Below are positions 1-12,857 of a DNA stretch of 64,000 nt, one piece after another (within the stretch, counting starts at the first letter, position 1; each line of letters opens with the position of its first letter). Source of the DNA: Octopus sinensis (lineage: Eukaryota). A program made the translations under genes and the position numbers. The notes under the pieces were generated by a model. It searched no databases. It was not told where the DNA came from and worked only from the letters and a program-made list of their open reading frames with translations. The DNA is taken from NCBI RefSeq assembly GCF_006345805.1, contig NC_043002.1, positions 105,834,001-105,898,000 on the forward strand. The letters are read 5' to 3'.

Positions 1-75
1 GTAACAACGGTGAAGAAAATATCAATGTTAATTTATTGATGTATTAGAGCAAGTCTATGTGCATATATCAGATAA

Positions 76-179
76 TTACTCCTTTACTCTTTTACTTGTT
101 TCAGTCATTTGAGTGCGGCCAGGCTGGAGCACCGTCTTTTAGTCGAGCAAATCGACCCCGGGACTTGTTCTTTGTAAGC
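76..179 (-). mobile_element. 3' tail fragment of the CORE-like tRNA SINE (OR2-like family)
   Basis: Reverse complement matches the tail of the full copy at 43429-43841 (GGGGTCGATTTGCTCGACTAAA..GGTGCTCCAGC.TGGCCGCA.TCAAATGACTGAAACAAGTAAAAGAGTAA). Confidence 0.85.
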
Positions 180-1235
180 AAAAAAATGTTTTAAAAATTC
201 AAAACTTTGCAAAAGTCCGGTACAAATTCTTCATGGTTCAAAACGTTGTTTAGTTTTTACTCAACCTGATACAAACAAATAATACATTAAGTGATAAAAT
301 GTATATGCAGAGAGAGCTTTATGAGTGTGCTATATTTGCATTTTCATCAATCATTCTGAATGTATTTATTTTTGTATGATTTCATTTGTACGTTTGTATG
401 TATATTTATCTATTTACTTATTTATACGTGAGTGTGTGTCTGCGTACGCGCGTGTATGAATGTGTACAGATATAGCTGTTTGAATTTATGTATGTATGTT
501 TAAACTAAGAGAGAGAAGACAGAGAAAGTAATGCCAAATATGAAAGAATGCGAATGCGCGTCGCTTTTATGCGGCAGGATGGGTTTCTACATGTGTGTGT
601 GTGTGTGCGTGTGTGTGTGTGTGTGTAAATAATTAAATTAACCTATCTATGTTCAGAGAGACTAGGAAATGGGAAGAAATGGGAGATATGAAGGAACAGA
701 TGGAAGTAAATACATTCATATACAAACAAACATATAAAAGTGTGTGAAGGTTTGTATGATTAATTATACGTGCGACTGCTTGTTTGTGCATGTGTGTGTG
801 CGCATATTGCACGTGTGTTTGTGTGCGTGCTGCACGTGTGTTTGTGTGTGTTTATGTTTATTTAATTATTGCTAAAATGCTTGCCATATTTAGTAATTGC
901 GGTTCATAAAACCGATCTTTGATATAAGATATAAAATTATGGTGTTTGTTTATTGCTTTTATTTTTTTATTCATATTTATTTATTTAAGACTAATAATTG
1001 TGTAGGAGTGGGGTTTGTGAATGGATTGAACTGGAAATGAGGTAATTTGAAATGTACATTGTGTAGAATGGGAAATACTGTATGTCCTTGGTATATAATG
1101 TGTTCTAGAATTGTCTGCAACAATTGGTTATAATTCCTGCCATATGTCGGTTGACCGTTACTGTGGAAACTAGGATCAAGTCAATGTTAATTTATACATA
1201 CATACATACATTCATACATTCATATATAAATATAT

Positions 1236-1287
<52 letters not shown>

Positions 1288-1384
1288 ATACACATATATA
1301 GAGAGAGAGGCTGACGGAAGATAAAGACGAATTGGTATTGGTACAAGTGGGAGGTTGAGCGTGCGTGTGTGTGTGTATGTGTGA

Positions 1385-1765
1385 TTATTTAAATTTATTT
1401 CAAGATTCCTTTGAAATAAAAAAGATCCGGTTTCTAACCTAGATCCATGGCTCATTCGTTAAAATTTCACCAACACCGACAGGTTATCTTTGCATGTATG
1501 TGTATGTATGCAGTATTTGGAGTCGGTGCATGTGCACACTTGTGTTTCGTTTTATGTGTGTATTCTTATGAATATAGATGCATGTGGAGATATGTACATA
1601 CATATTTCAATGGTAAATTTCTGAAAAGTTTTGCAAATTTTTACAGTTCCAGTGATGGCTTAAATCTATAGTCTTCGAATCAGCTTTCTCCTTTTTGGTT
1701 TTGAGAAGCCTAATTTCTAAAGATTGATGCTGAGGCAGTTTGTTACATATCCGAGTGTTCCGTAT
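1385..1765 (-). mobile_element. Dong/R4-clade non-LTR retrotransposon, 3' end fragment
   Basis: Colinear with 7460-7830 (shared CCGGTTTCTAACCTAGATCCA, TTTTTACAGTTCCA.TGATGG, GCCTAATTTCT, TGTTACATATCC). On the minus strand it ends in AATAAA followed by (CA)n. Confidence 0.8.
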
Positions 1766-1845
1766 GGATGGATGCGTATGTTTGAGTGTTGTGTGTGTGT
1801 GTGGTGTGTGTGTGTGTGTGTGTGTGTTGTGTGTATGTGTGTGTG

Positions 1846-1889
<44 letters not shown>

Positions 1890-2934
1890 TAGTTATGACA
1901 TTAAACGCCATCGGGTGTGAGATTCTAGTTCGGGAGTTTTAGAGTTGTGGCAAGTCATCCTTTAATTACTTGCCAGGTTCCCGTCTATATGTTAAATAGA
2001 ATTCTGAGGAGTAGATGAGATTCCCATTATATTTGAAAAAGCCATAGAGAAGGCAGATCTTCTGGGAGAAAGATACTATCATTTCATTTCTTAATCAGTT
2101 TTGTATTTTTAAAGTCCTATGGATGAAAGAAAATCAAACAGAATATGAGATGAAACTCACCTCACAAAAGGAGGCAATCATTATCATCATCTTAGCGAGA
2201 GAGAGAGAGGGAGGGAGGGGAAATAATAATGAATCGATATAGATAGACAGTCAGACAGAGAAAGTTAGGTACATACGTGTATACATGCTTACATACACGT
2301 ATACATAATTTTTTACTTATTTATGTATAGGGAAACTAATAAAAGTTTGGTCCAATGCTATATTTTTTTTAGTGAAAAAAAAATTTCACATCATCGTATA
2401 TTTAGTTATTACTAGTTAAGCGAAGAATAACAAGTGCATTCTTGCACGCACTTGTTCAGTAGCATTGCTGACTTGCCGAATTATGTCGAACAGCTGCTTT
2501 TGCGTGTAAAACACATCCGGCTTTCAGACAATCCATTGTGAGTATTGCACTACCGCTTTCTATTGACTGGAAAAGAAAGGCAATTTTCCTCAGTTTGGTG
2601 CACTGACGGAAAAGTATGTATAATGCATATGATTAAAGAGATTGAAGATAGACGATTCCCTTTTTGGTCATGCTCTTTCTTCGGCTTCTTCAAGTTCTTC
2701 CGAGAGAAAGGGATTTTGCATCCAGTAAGTAAAAAAGTGAGATTGGCGAGTATAGCCCCGAAGGAATGGGATTACCATCAGTACAAGCCTGAAAACCGGA
2801 GGATACAATAAGGAAAGAGTGCTTACTCCTGAAAGTTGAAGTAACCTACAACTATAAGATTCAGTAATTGCCCCTTGGTTGTGACCCTGAATTGGAGCGT
2901 CTATTGTTGGTTTTTTTTTTCTACATATAGGACC

Positions 2935-3082
2935 AGACGTGGCCGTGTATTAGAAGTTTGCTTCCCAACCACATGGGTCAACACTGAGTCCCACTGTGTA
3001 GCATCTTGGGCAAATGTCTTCTACAGACTCGGACCGGCCAGAACCTTGTAAGTGGACTTTTGTTGACGGAAATATGAAAAGT

Positions 3083-3144
<62 letters not shown>

Positions 3145-3305
3145 GCGTGTGTGTGCGCGTGTGTGTGTGTTGGCCCTTGTGCCTGTTTGCCACCAACCAA
3201 CGCTTGAAAACCGGTGTTGGTGTGTTCGTGTCTCCTTAATTTAGCGGTTTGGCAAAAGAAAGCGATAGAATAATTTGCAAGCTTAAGATAAATGAGTCCG
3301 GGGGC
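2935..3305 (+). mobile_element. CORE-like tRNA-derived SINE with internal (TG)n
   Basis: Degenerate tRNA-like head, CATCTTGGGCAAATGTCTTCT core, internal (TG)n at about 3085-3170, and a tail matching 43660-43770. Confidence 0.8.
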
Positions 3306-3453
3306 TGCAGTTAGTAAGTGGAACAAGTAAAAGATAAAAGATAAACAATGTACTCTGAAAAGCGCCTTCAGGTTTTGCAAGTTGTCCTTGTAATGTGCTC
3401 TTGTCGTCAACTCTGTGGCAAATAAAAGACCCATTGTTATCATTAACAATGTA

Positions 3454-3816
3454 TCAGGTCATCCCATAAGTTGTGTCCGATTTTACCTATTTTAAAATTG
3501 AATGAAATTTAATAGTATTTTAGAATGTCTAATGGAATTAAAAATTATTTTTATGCATTTGTGTATATGTAAACTAATTAAATATTATTTTACAGAATAA
3601 TAGAATTAAAATTTCTTTGATGGAGACCCTCGTAACATGGAAGTATCCAAGCAGCATTTGAGGCACATAATGCTTTATGAGTACAAAAAAGGAAACTCAG
3701 TTTATGGGAAAGAATGCTTGAATGAAAGAACTTGCGGCAGATGGTTTGCAAAATTCAGAAGTGGAGATTTCAGCCATGAAGATGAAGATCGAACAAGACG
3801 TTCCTTAAGACGATAG
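3454..3816 (+). mobile_element. mariner transposon 5' fragment (TIR plus transposase N-terminus, internally deleted)
   Basis: TA then TIR TCAGGTCATCCCATAAG at 3454. ATG at 3637 gives MEVSKQHLRHIMLYEYKKGNS/VYGKECLNERTCGRWFAKFRSGDFSHEDEDR, the mariner HTH region lacking about 10 residues. Confidence 0.9.
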
Positions 3817-4269
3817 GGTGAGACCTGATTATATTTCTAACACGATCACAGACCATGCAGAGGTACCAAATGTCAAAAACTATCTAAAATTAAAGGGCAT
3901 AAACGTGAAAGAAACTCACTGACTGGATTCGTGGTATTTTTATTGAAAAGTGTCTACTATAGGAATATATAATGCAATGATATCAAGGCAAAACACTATC
4001 TTCGAGATAGTGCGTTCGCATTTGTATCTATTTAAAGATACATTTGTATCTATTGGTAGAATCGTTAGAGCGTTGGATAACATTCTGAGTTCAAATATTG
4101 CCGTTGATAACTTTACCTTTTTTTATTTTCTCCCAGGCTCGATAAAATGAAATACCAGTCAAGTACAAATGTTGATTTAGTCGACAGTCCCTGCCCACTC
4201 AATTTCTGCCAATGTGCTTATATTAGAAAATATAAGAACGGTGGAATGATAAGAAAGTGCAGCGGAGGA

Positions 4270-4455
4270 TTGGCAGTATGATTAGTGCGTTGGACAATGT
4301 AAAATGCCTTCTGCTATTTATTGCAGCTCTTTACGTTCAGAGCTCAAATCCTGCCGAGATTAATTTCGTCCTTCATCTGTATGGAGTCAATAAATTAAGT
4401 AACAGTTGAGCACTGGAATTGACCTTCTTTCTCTAAAATGACTGGTCTTGGCTCA
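4270..4455 (+). mobile_element. degenerate tRNA SINE (Meta-domain-like family)
   Basis: TTACGTTCAGAGCTCAAATCCTGCCGAG..CCTTCATC..TCAATAAATTAAGTAACAGTTGAGCACTGG..CAAAATTTGAA parallels the younger copies at 29105-29645 and 42425-42566. Confidence 0.65.
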
Positions 4456-4756
4456 AAATTTGAATATTTATCATTATTAACATATGGCAGGCGCATAATC
4501 AGTAGAGTACAAGATGGTTTTGTGATATTTCATTTCCAGTGTTCAAATCATCTCGCTGTTAATTTCATCTTTCACGCAGTTATATATCGTGGGTGGATAC
4601 AATAAAATATGCACCGCAGTTGCCATCATCATCAGCATCATTCTCATCACCACCACCACCATCTTAATCGTACATATATCCCCACTAACACCATGAGCAT
4701 TACCACCACCATCCTCATCCTAATCATCATCGCTAGTTATATAGCATAGTAAATAA

Positions 4757-4890
4757 AGGCGCGTGGCTTAATAGTTATGATGTTGCACTCACGATCGTAA
4801 CATCGTAGTTTCGATTCCCAGTTCACTCATCTGTAATAGCTAGGAAGTTAACCCTGCGACGAACTGACGTCTCGTTCAGAGGGAAGTGTT
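4757..4890 (+). mobile_element. tRNA-derived SINE fragment
   Basis: A/B-box-like head (GGCGCGTGGCTTAATAGTT...GTTTCGATTCCC), similar to the head at about 36860-36908. CCTGCGACGAACTGACGTCTCGTTCAGAGG resembles a V-SINE-type domain. Confidence 0.5.
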
Positions 4891-5499
4891 GTAACCGTTC
4901 ATTCACTCTAATGCCATGGAAACTGAGTAAAGTTCGGTTCTAATGAGTTACAGAGCTCATAACAGAACTAAGTCTAAGACGAGGAAAATCAGCAACCATG
5001 ACTTTTTTTTTTCTGTCGCCTCCGAAACATGGGCGCCTGTCACAAATCCTTGCAACAGAAAGGACTCCGATGCATGTATTCCAGGGACAGATAATTGTGT
5101 TAAGCAGCTACGGATTTATATATTGATGTAGAGCAGTGTTTTTATCGACAGCTGATTCTCACGATTCACTACTTGAAATTTTACGTTTCCGTACGTCAGG
5201 CAAACAATGGCGAGGATAATATCCCATTGAAAGATATATGGCGAGGACAGCACAATGGAGATTAGCAATACCTTTGGATGCAATCGCAGTTTCAATTGGT
5301 TGATGGTGTGGGTAATTTTATTTTATATTTAGGGAGTATGGGCCTTGTTATTCAAGGCATTGTTTTGAAAGGTGCATGAATCACTGATACAAGCAAGGTA
5401 TACAACGTCTGAGAGAAGCAGCTGTGTTATAATTTTTTTGCGTCAAAACGTACATATATACAAATACTTGCATATGCAAACACACACACAAACACACAC

Positions 5500-5551
<52 letters not shown>

Positions 5552-5779
5552 CAAGACCGCTTTGTGTTTACAAGATAGGACTAACTCTTAGCGTTTATTT
5601 GCAAGATAGCCTCAAACAATATAATTATTATTTTTAAAATGTTTTATATTTTTTTAAAGCTTCTGAATTCACAATACAAATTTGATTGATTCACTTCGAA
5701 TTTTGATTAATAATTAATATAAATCTGTCTGTGTTGATTTTAGAAATAATACAACTAGTTGTCCATTGAAACATTTGTA

Positions 5780-6520
5780 ACCATTTTCCATTTGGTATTT
5801 GAATCTCGTTAAAGTGGATATTGTTTTTCTTCCTTCTAAAATAAAAATACCAGTTATGTAATGGTTCGATGTAATCATCTATAAACCCGTCTGCTACCTG
5901 AAATAATTTGAGCACTATCAGATGTCACTATTAGTTCATTTATTGACGTTCATTCAAGGCGATCTGCAGTGTTATTTCATCTGGTGTCATGAGCAAAAGA
6001 TTCCCTTTTCTGTCATTCGACTATGAGTATTCAGTTGTTCGAGCAATTGAATAATACACTCCAGGTTTACATACAAAGCGGTTGCAATGAATAGGTCTTG
6101 ATATATTTACTTGTATTTTGTCCTAAATCTGTTTGGTAACTAAAATATTTTCGACACTGCTTCGGGCCTTTGAGAAGCTGCAGATATACTGTTTTCTTAT
6201 ATTGACAGGATTATTCATTTAAGTATGACATTGGCAAAGATCTTCACAGCAATTTGCAGAAGAGCTTTCTCCTACTATTGGAACAAGCAGATCTGTCTCC
6301 CTTATTTTGTAGATAATGGCGATGTTAGTCTACTTCCAATGCTGAATTATATACACCTGCTTCCATAATTCTGTGACATAAGGCTGAAGTACCCTTGTAC
6401 AGAGGTACACGTTCATCTGAAAGATCTCTGCCAGGACATTGTCCGGTTCGGAAGATTTTTTTTTATCATGTTGATATAGGACTATTTTCAGCAAAGATCG
6501 GCGGTTTGTCAAGGTGGTGG
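5780..6520 (-). mobile_element. RTE-clade LINE reverse transcriptase remnant
   Basis: Frame-broken peptides KKSSEPDNVLAEIFQ...ELWKQVYIIQHWK*TNIAIIYK resemble RTE KASGPDGIPAEIFK...W...IPQDWK.ANIV.IYK. Confidence 0.7.
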
Positions 6521-6589
6521 ATAATGGACATTTCGCAAAATTTCTTCTTAACTGCTGGACCCACCGGCTTAGGATTATTTGGAAATTGG

Positions 6590-7400
6590 TGGAATGTTCC
6601 TGCTAGCGTTTATTTTTTGGAAGTACCAAACTTTGTATAGAAAAGTGTTACATACACAAAGCATACCAAATTTTAATATCAATACAAATATATAAAATAT
6701 CTTAAAAAGAGAAAATATATTTACTTTAGCTTATATTTTATTGAAAAAGATCTTCTTTATTAATTGTCTGATTATACCTATTCCTTATTCTATCACAAAG
6801 CTGTTGTGGTGAATTCCACTTCGTGAAGTTAATGTCTTGGAATAAAGATTTAGATCTCATTAGCGCACCTAAGGTAAATGATTTCAAAGATGCAAGATTT
6901 TTAACTTTTATGTTGTTGAATAAGGAGAAAACACTTTCAGCAGCTACTGAAAAATGAGGCAGTGAAATAAGGTTAATCATAAATTTTAACAATAAAGAGA
7001 AGCGGTATACGTTTGAAATATGCTTAACCAACATTTTTCAGGAATTATTTCTGCATTAGGAGATTGATCTTGCAATATTAACTCCTTTCTGTCCTTTATT
7101 AATTTGTTGATAATTTTCTTCAAGGACGAGATTGGAGAATATCATAACTAATGAGATAACTGAATTTGGTCCTCCCTTGTTATCACTGGTGGAGTCGAAC
7201 GCCTCAAGCTTCTCTAATCCAACAAACTGTTCACAAAAGTAAAAAGCGCTGAAAAATTGAATTTTCAGGCAAGCAGATATTTCAAATATTTACTCGAAAA
7301 TCTTGCAGTTATTTGAGGGAATTTTTGTTGAATTATCCAGATAAATGTTTTCTACTGTTGAACCACAATAAATGTCAACTAACGTGAAATATTTCAAAGA
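6590..7400 (-). pseudogene. hAT-superfamily transposase C-terminal remnant (dimerisation domain)
   Basis: ORF 6738-7034: LISLPHFSVAAESVFSLFNNIKVKNLASLKSFTLGALM matches hAT LLSLPHSNA.AERVFS....IK.K.R..L...TL.AL. Upstream frames are broken. Confidence 0.75.
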
Positions 7401-7459
7401 ATCATCAACGCTAATTCTATGTATCATATGTATGTATGTAAGTATGTGTGTGTGCGTGA

Positions 7460-9315
7460 TTATGTAATTTTATTTCAAGATTTCTTGCCAATAGATAAAG
7501 GACCGGTTTCTAACCTAGATCCAAGGCTCCTCATCATTGGAATTTCAACATCAACAACACGTTATTTTTGTATGCATGTATATGTGCAGATTTGTATGTT
7601 TTGTTTTATGTATGTCTTCTCATGCATATAGTTGCATATCTAGACATGTTCATACATACCTAAATGATAAACTTCTGGAACGTTTTACAGATTTTTACAG
7701 TTCCAATGATGGATTGGATTTGTAGTGTTCAAACCAGCTTCCTCCTTCCTGGTTCTGAGGAGCCTAATTTCTCAAGATTGGTATTTAAGCAGTGTGTTAC
7801 ATATCCCAGGGCCCCAATAATTACAGGTATAAACCTGAACCTGTAATCCGGATAGAGTAACTGTAGGTTTCTCAATAGTTCAGTGTAGGTGTTCTCTTTT
7901 TCACTGATCTTCATCTTTATGTTAACATCTGCTGGGCAGCTAATTTCCACAACTCTACACAGTTTCTCTTCTCTATCTCAAACCATTATATCAGGTCTGT
8001 TGTGCTTACATTTTATTGAGGTTTTCACTGGGACATTCCACCAGTACTCCTTTCTTATATGAGTGGCTATAGCCTCTACCATACTGTGGGTTTTTATTTC
8101 TTTGTCGTAGGGTTTATCCTTCCGACGGATTTCATTATATAGTGACCTAGCTACAAATCATGTCTCAGCGGTAGATAATACCGTGATAACATTTTCTGAC
8201 AATTGCTTATGGTGTGGGTGATATCTTCGGTGTTAACTCCACAAAGTCTGCATCGGTTGTCACATTTTACTGCTTTTCCTGCATCTCTATCCCTTTTGTG
8301 CATCAGGTATTTGGTTGATATTTCCTGTTCTTGATTGCAAACGCATACCCTTCAAAGTGGGAGGTGGTAATCGGGTTATTGGTCCGTGATAGATTGTTTT
8401 GATTATCAATGTTACTATTATCTTTGAGCTTTCTAGTAACATATCTATGCATGATCTTCTGCTCATATGCTCGTCCTTTCATCTGATGATATGTTGCAGT
8501 AGAGTCGTGCGACTTCTTTGGACATGTATTTAAAGTTATCAGACAAGGAATGCTGTTGAAGGAGCTGCCTTCCAAATCTTATGATGTTATCAGCATCATA
8601 TATGCAAACTTGGTCAAGGAATGCACTTCGACACTTGGTGGTTAAAAGATGTTGCCGAAGGGATATGATGCGACATCCAAAGGCATTTTGGATCGACCAT
8701 AAGCCTCTGCCGCCTTGTTTTCATTTTAGGTAGAGGCGGTCTACGTCATTGTTTATGTGGAAATTATGTGTGCTTGTTAGTACTTTCCAGGTTTTCACAT
8801 CAATGGCTCGGATCTCATCAAGCGTCCAATCAAACAACCCAAATGTTGGTATGAGTACTGGCTCAGCAAACACATTGCGGGTCACTGTTTTATTGAATGC
8901 TGAGAGTTCTGAGGTCCAAATTTTCTTTATTCAACTGTAATATTCTTTAGTGACACGTGTTTTATTACAGGTGCCATTATAAGATAAGTTTTCATCCACC
9001 TCTAGATACATGTAACATTCCTCATCAGATATAGGGGAAACAATTAAGTCGTTGATGGAGATGTTGCTAGACTGGTTTATAGTTTTCCCCTTTTTACAAT
9101 CATATAACATATATCCTGACCAAATTCCAACCCTACATCCTTTGAAAATGTTGTAACCAGGCCAGGGCTCAATTTTATCTTGTGCATATTATTTGCATAA
9201 AGTTTCATGTCATCCACAAAGAAACAGTGCGTAGTTTTGGTATTTCTGCTTCCTTGTAAACCAGTGCGATATCCTAACTTCCTTAACATGAATGACAAGG
9301 AATTTACAGAAAATA
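7460..9315 (-). mobile_element. Dong/R4-clade RLE non-LTR retrotransposon, 5'-truncated and decayed
   Basis: RT motif HCFFVDDMKLYA (ORF 9077-9298). RLE motif EISCPADVNIKMKISEKENTYTELLRNLQLLYPDYRFRFIPVIIGALG (ORF 7729-7950). 3' UTR with AATAAA. Confidence 0.9.
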
Positions 9316-9439
9316 AATGTGTATGTATGTATGTATGTATCTATATAACTCTATCGCTGGAATGCAGATAACAAAGATAATATTACATTTTGAACTTGAG
9401 AAAAATCTTGCATGTATGTACTGTTCCGCTTACAGATAA

Positions 9440-9720
9440 TATTTATAATAAGCGTATTAGGTGGTTGATTTGTTTTTCAGAAACCCCTAGTTTTTCAAAA
9501 TTGTTACTCGGGCATTTACTAATAAATGTAGTGCAACAATTATCTTTGGTATAAATGTGAATTTCTAATCTAGGTATAGAAGCTGAAGGATTCGAAGCAA
9601 TATACGTAGCTATTCTCTTTCTCTTTGATTTTCGAAGGCATATTTACATCAGTAGGGCAGCTGATCTCTATGACGGTACATACTTTTTCTTGTTTATCCG
9701 AAACAACGATTCAGAGGGCC
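9440..9720 (-). mobile_element. additional Dong/R4 endonuclease fragment
   Basis: Minus strand reads VVSDKQEKVCTVIEISCPTDVNMPSKIKEKENSY. Confidence 0.8.
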
Positions 9721-12402
9721 TCTGAAATGTAATGGCTTTTTAAATTTAAAAGAGCGCAATAAATCAAAAGAAGGCTCGATAATTTTAAAAGAACTCAATT
9801 AGATTTTTAAAATTAAACATATAAAAAGATTATAAATCATTTCTTTGATTGCTGTAAATATACATTTTTTTTTAATCTTCAAGCTTTAGGTTTCTCTGGG
9901 TTAAATGACGTTCAATACTTGCCCCTGATACACAGCCCATATTTGTCCTTACATAACTCCAGCCCTTCATGGGGGCTTTGTACAATTTCATGTGGACAGG
10001 GCACTCTAAGTCGTTTTCTACTCACGGCAGTTTATAAATTATAATTTGAGGGTATTTCGAAAATATAAACTGGTGATAATATTAGTGAGATTAACAAAAT
10101 GAATAGCCAATAAAAGTTAGTAATAAGATTATTTGTGTATATTTAAATAAGAGTTACTATTGACAAATACAATATAATCATATTGACAGTTAAAACATAA
10201 CAACTTTATTGAATAATGCAACCTAGCCGAAAATTTGAAAACTTATTAAGTCTAATTAGCATATTTGAGATTTGAATATATAAATGGCTAATTTACATAT
10301 TTAATTGAATACTGACTTGGTTGTTCTCTAAAAATAAAAGTAAAAAGGCAAGTAAGTAGAAATAACCAGCACGTCAATGTGCTATTGACAGAAATTTAGG
10401 TAGTTCACGTTTTTTATGTTCGGGTAAAATTTCTTTTGCAGGATTTATCTAAGTCTTTTGTACAAATACGCAATAAATTACATGTTTGATTTGTTTACAA
10501 ATTCAAAACAAAACTTATAAAATGTGCGATACCTGATGTATTTTTTACTCAATTTATATGCCACCCTATTTGTAAATACATAGGTTTAAAATTACACAAA
10601 GAAATATTTTTCACCTAAATTACATTTCAATGTAGATTACGCTATTTTTTTAATGTCAAATTGCCTTAGCTAGAAATTGTGTTTTCCAATGTATGTGAAA
10701 TGTTCACCAAATGAAATTTCTTATATAATTTTTCAAATACAATCAATTTCATATATGTCCAAAGTATTTGAATTTTGGGCGTGCTGACCTACTAAAACGA
10801 GACAGCCAGCATTTTTGTCAACGGTTTTATTCTTATCGCAAAGAGATAACCAATATTTCCGTCAACAGTTTTTTTTTTCTTATAATTGTCGTGGTGCAGC
10901 ATTTGTCTAAATATCTCTTTTGTTAATCGATCACATTATTCACATATAAGATGTTCATTGGCATACTTATAAGCAGACGAAGTCTAGTATTTCCGATATA
11001 GGCTTTGTCTTGATCGTATTCAATCTGATAAACCACTTAAGATCGTAAGTTTTTGTCCACATTGCTGATCAGACAATTATCCAGGATGTAAACATTGTTA
11101 AAATCAGCTGTTCGTTTATTCGATCGGTTATTGATATTGTTGTTGTTTATACCCAAGTTAAATCTGATAGAGCACACACCTCTAATTAAAAAATGTTCTC
11201 ACTGGGACCACTCCAGATTTAATTCAGACTCTGAGCCTATGACTACATTATCCAATATGATCGTCCTAACTTAAGAGAACACAGAAACATTGAAAGAGAT
11301 TTTGCAAGATGGTACTCCACGTAAAGATTCCATGAGTGTTCGCTTTTAATAAATAATATTTTTAAAGTAAGGTCGTTAATGGGTTATATGTATATATTCA
11401 AAACTCCCTTAAAGATTATGTCTAATTACACGAAATTATATTAAGAAACAAATACTATAGAATATCTCGCTTTGTTTGTTTGTTTGTTTTTATCATTTCT
11501 CTATTCGATAGAAGGCCGGGTCAGCAAAGCACCGAACAAAAAATGTTTAGCCTTTATTTGCCTTTCTTTACATTCTAAATTACTCAGTAGTCCATGTTGC
11601 CTTTCATCATTCCTGAAGCTAGAAACACGCAAACACCAGGCGACGATGTTAAAGGAGATAGTAGATTTAATCCGTTACCCTGTTTAACACGACCAATTAG
11701 ACAAAATTCAATCTGTTGCAAGTATTCGGGTTAGGTCTCATGTTTGGGGATATCTTCCTCTTTCCCTACCTCCCATTAGACTTAGAAGCCTGCTAAAGAG
11801 TCACAGGCGGTGCCTGTCCTCCCTGACTTACGAATACAAAAGACCATAGAAAACGATTTATAAAAATATACCCCACCCTTCCAAATCGTTTGTGACATTG
11901 TGTCCATGCAGGATATTCTTTATGGTTCATTTTTAACTTCTTAGTCTGATACATAATTCTTGCTTCATTACACCAAATAAAATTTTCATGATCGGCTCAT
12001 ATGGAAACAAATCTTCGCCAAAATCTCCAATGACACTGTACTGCTTATGATACCCTTGATCTAACGTAGATAGCAGACCCTTTTTCCGGACATGCAGTCC
12101 AAAATTATGACATTACAAGTACTACTTTCGACTGCGTCAAATTATCCTGTACAACGTGGGACGTATGATTAGCCGTTTCCTCGAATAAATTCAAATTCGA
12201 TTCATAAAGCCCACAAGACGATGTTCAATTCATAACTAACTGACAAATAACTGTGGGCATCTCAGTTTACAGAAAGATATATTCATTTTCTTTTACACAC
12301 AGTTTTATTCGATTTTGGATGGTAGTGACAACAATTTACTTTCTTTGCGAATTACACGAAAATGCAACAGCAACCAAAGATTAAATAAATTTGTGTCCGT
12401 AC

Positions 12403-12404
<2 letters not shown>

Positions 12405-12472
<68 letters not shown>

Positions 12473-12502
12473 TGTGTGTATATATATATGTATATAGGTA
12501 TA

Positions 12503-12570
<68 letters not shown>
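12405..12570. repeat. (TA)n microsatellite, interrupted
   Basis: Direct reading. Confidence 0.95.
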
Positions 12571-12571
<1 letters not shown>

Positions 12572-12778
12572 CGGGAAGCTTTATGAAAATAAACAAAAGA
12601 CGAAGGCAGGTGGAAAACAAACGAACAATTGAATTAGTATGGCGCTCAGGAAATATAAATAAAACAAGTCTTTAACGTTTCGAGCCTACGCTCTTCAACA
12701 GAAAGATACACAGAGAGAGAAAAACACAGAAAGAAGGAGAGAAAAAAAATGCGTGCAGTAGCTAACGAATCAACATGG

Positions 12779-12780
<2 letters not shown>
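12571..12780 (-). mobile_element. short non-autonomous hammerhead-bearing element (Penelope-associated or retrozyme-like)
   Basis: About 210 nt between two (TA)n tracts. Contains the hammerhead motif at 12669-12706 and shares TTTCCTGAGCG with the element at 36440-36640. Confidence 0.65.
12669..12706 (-). ncRNA. minimal type-I hammerhead ribozyme motif (A6U core variant)
   Basis: UCUUU-CUGUUGA-A-GAGC(GUAG)GCUC-GAAA-CG-UU-AAAGA: 5-bp stem I, 4-bp stem II, CG palindromic stem III. Confidence 0.7.
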
Positions 12781-12822
<42 letters not shown>

Positions 12823-12857
12823 CAAAGTGTAGTTGTGGAGTACCGCACGAGTGGAAT

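Noticed and set aside
11940-12115. Minus frame LLSTLDQGYHKQYSVIGDFGEDLFPYEPIMKILFGV
   Set aside because: 59 codons without a start or a credible acceptor; unrecognised.
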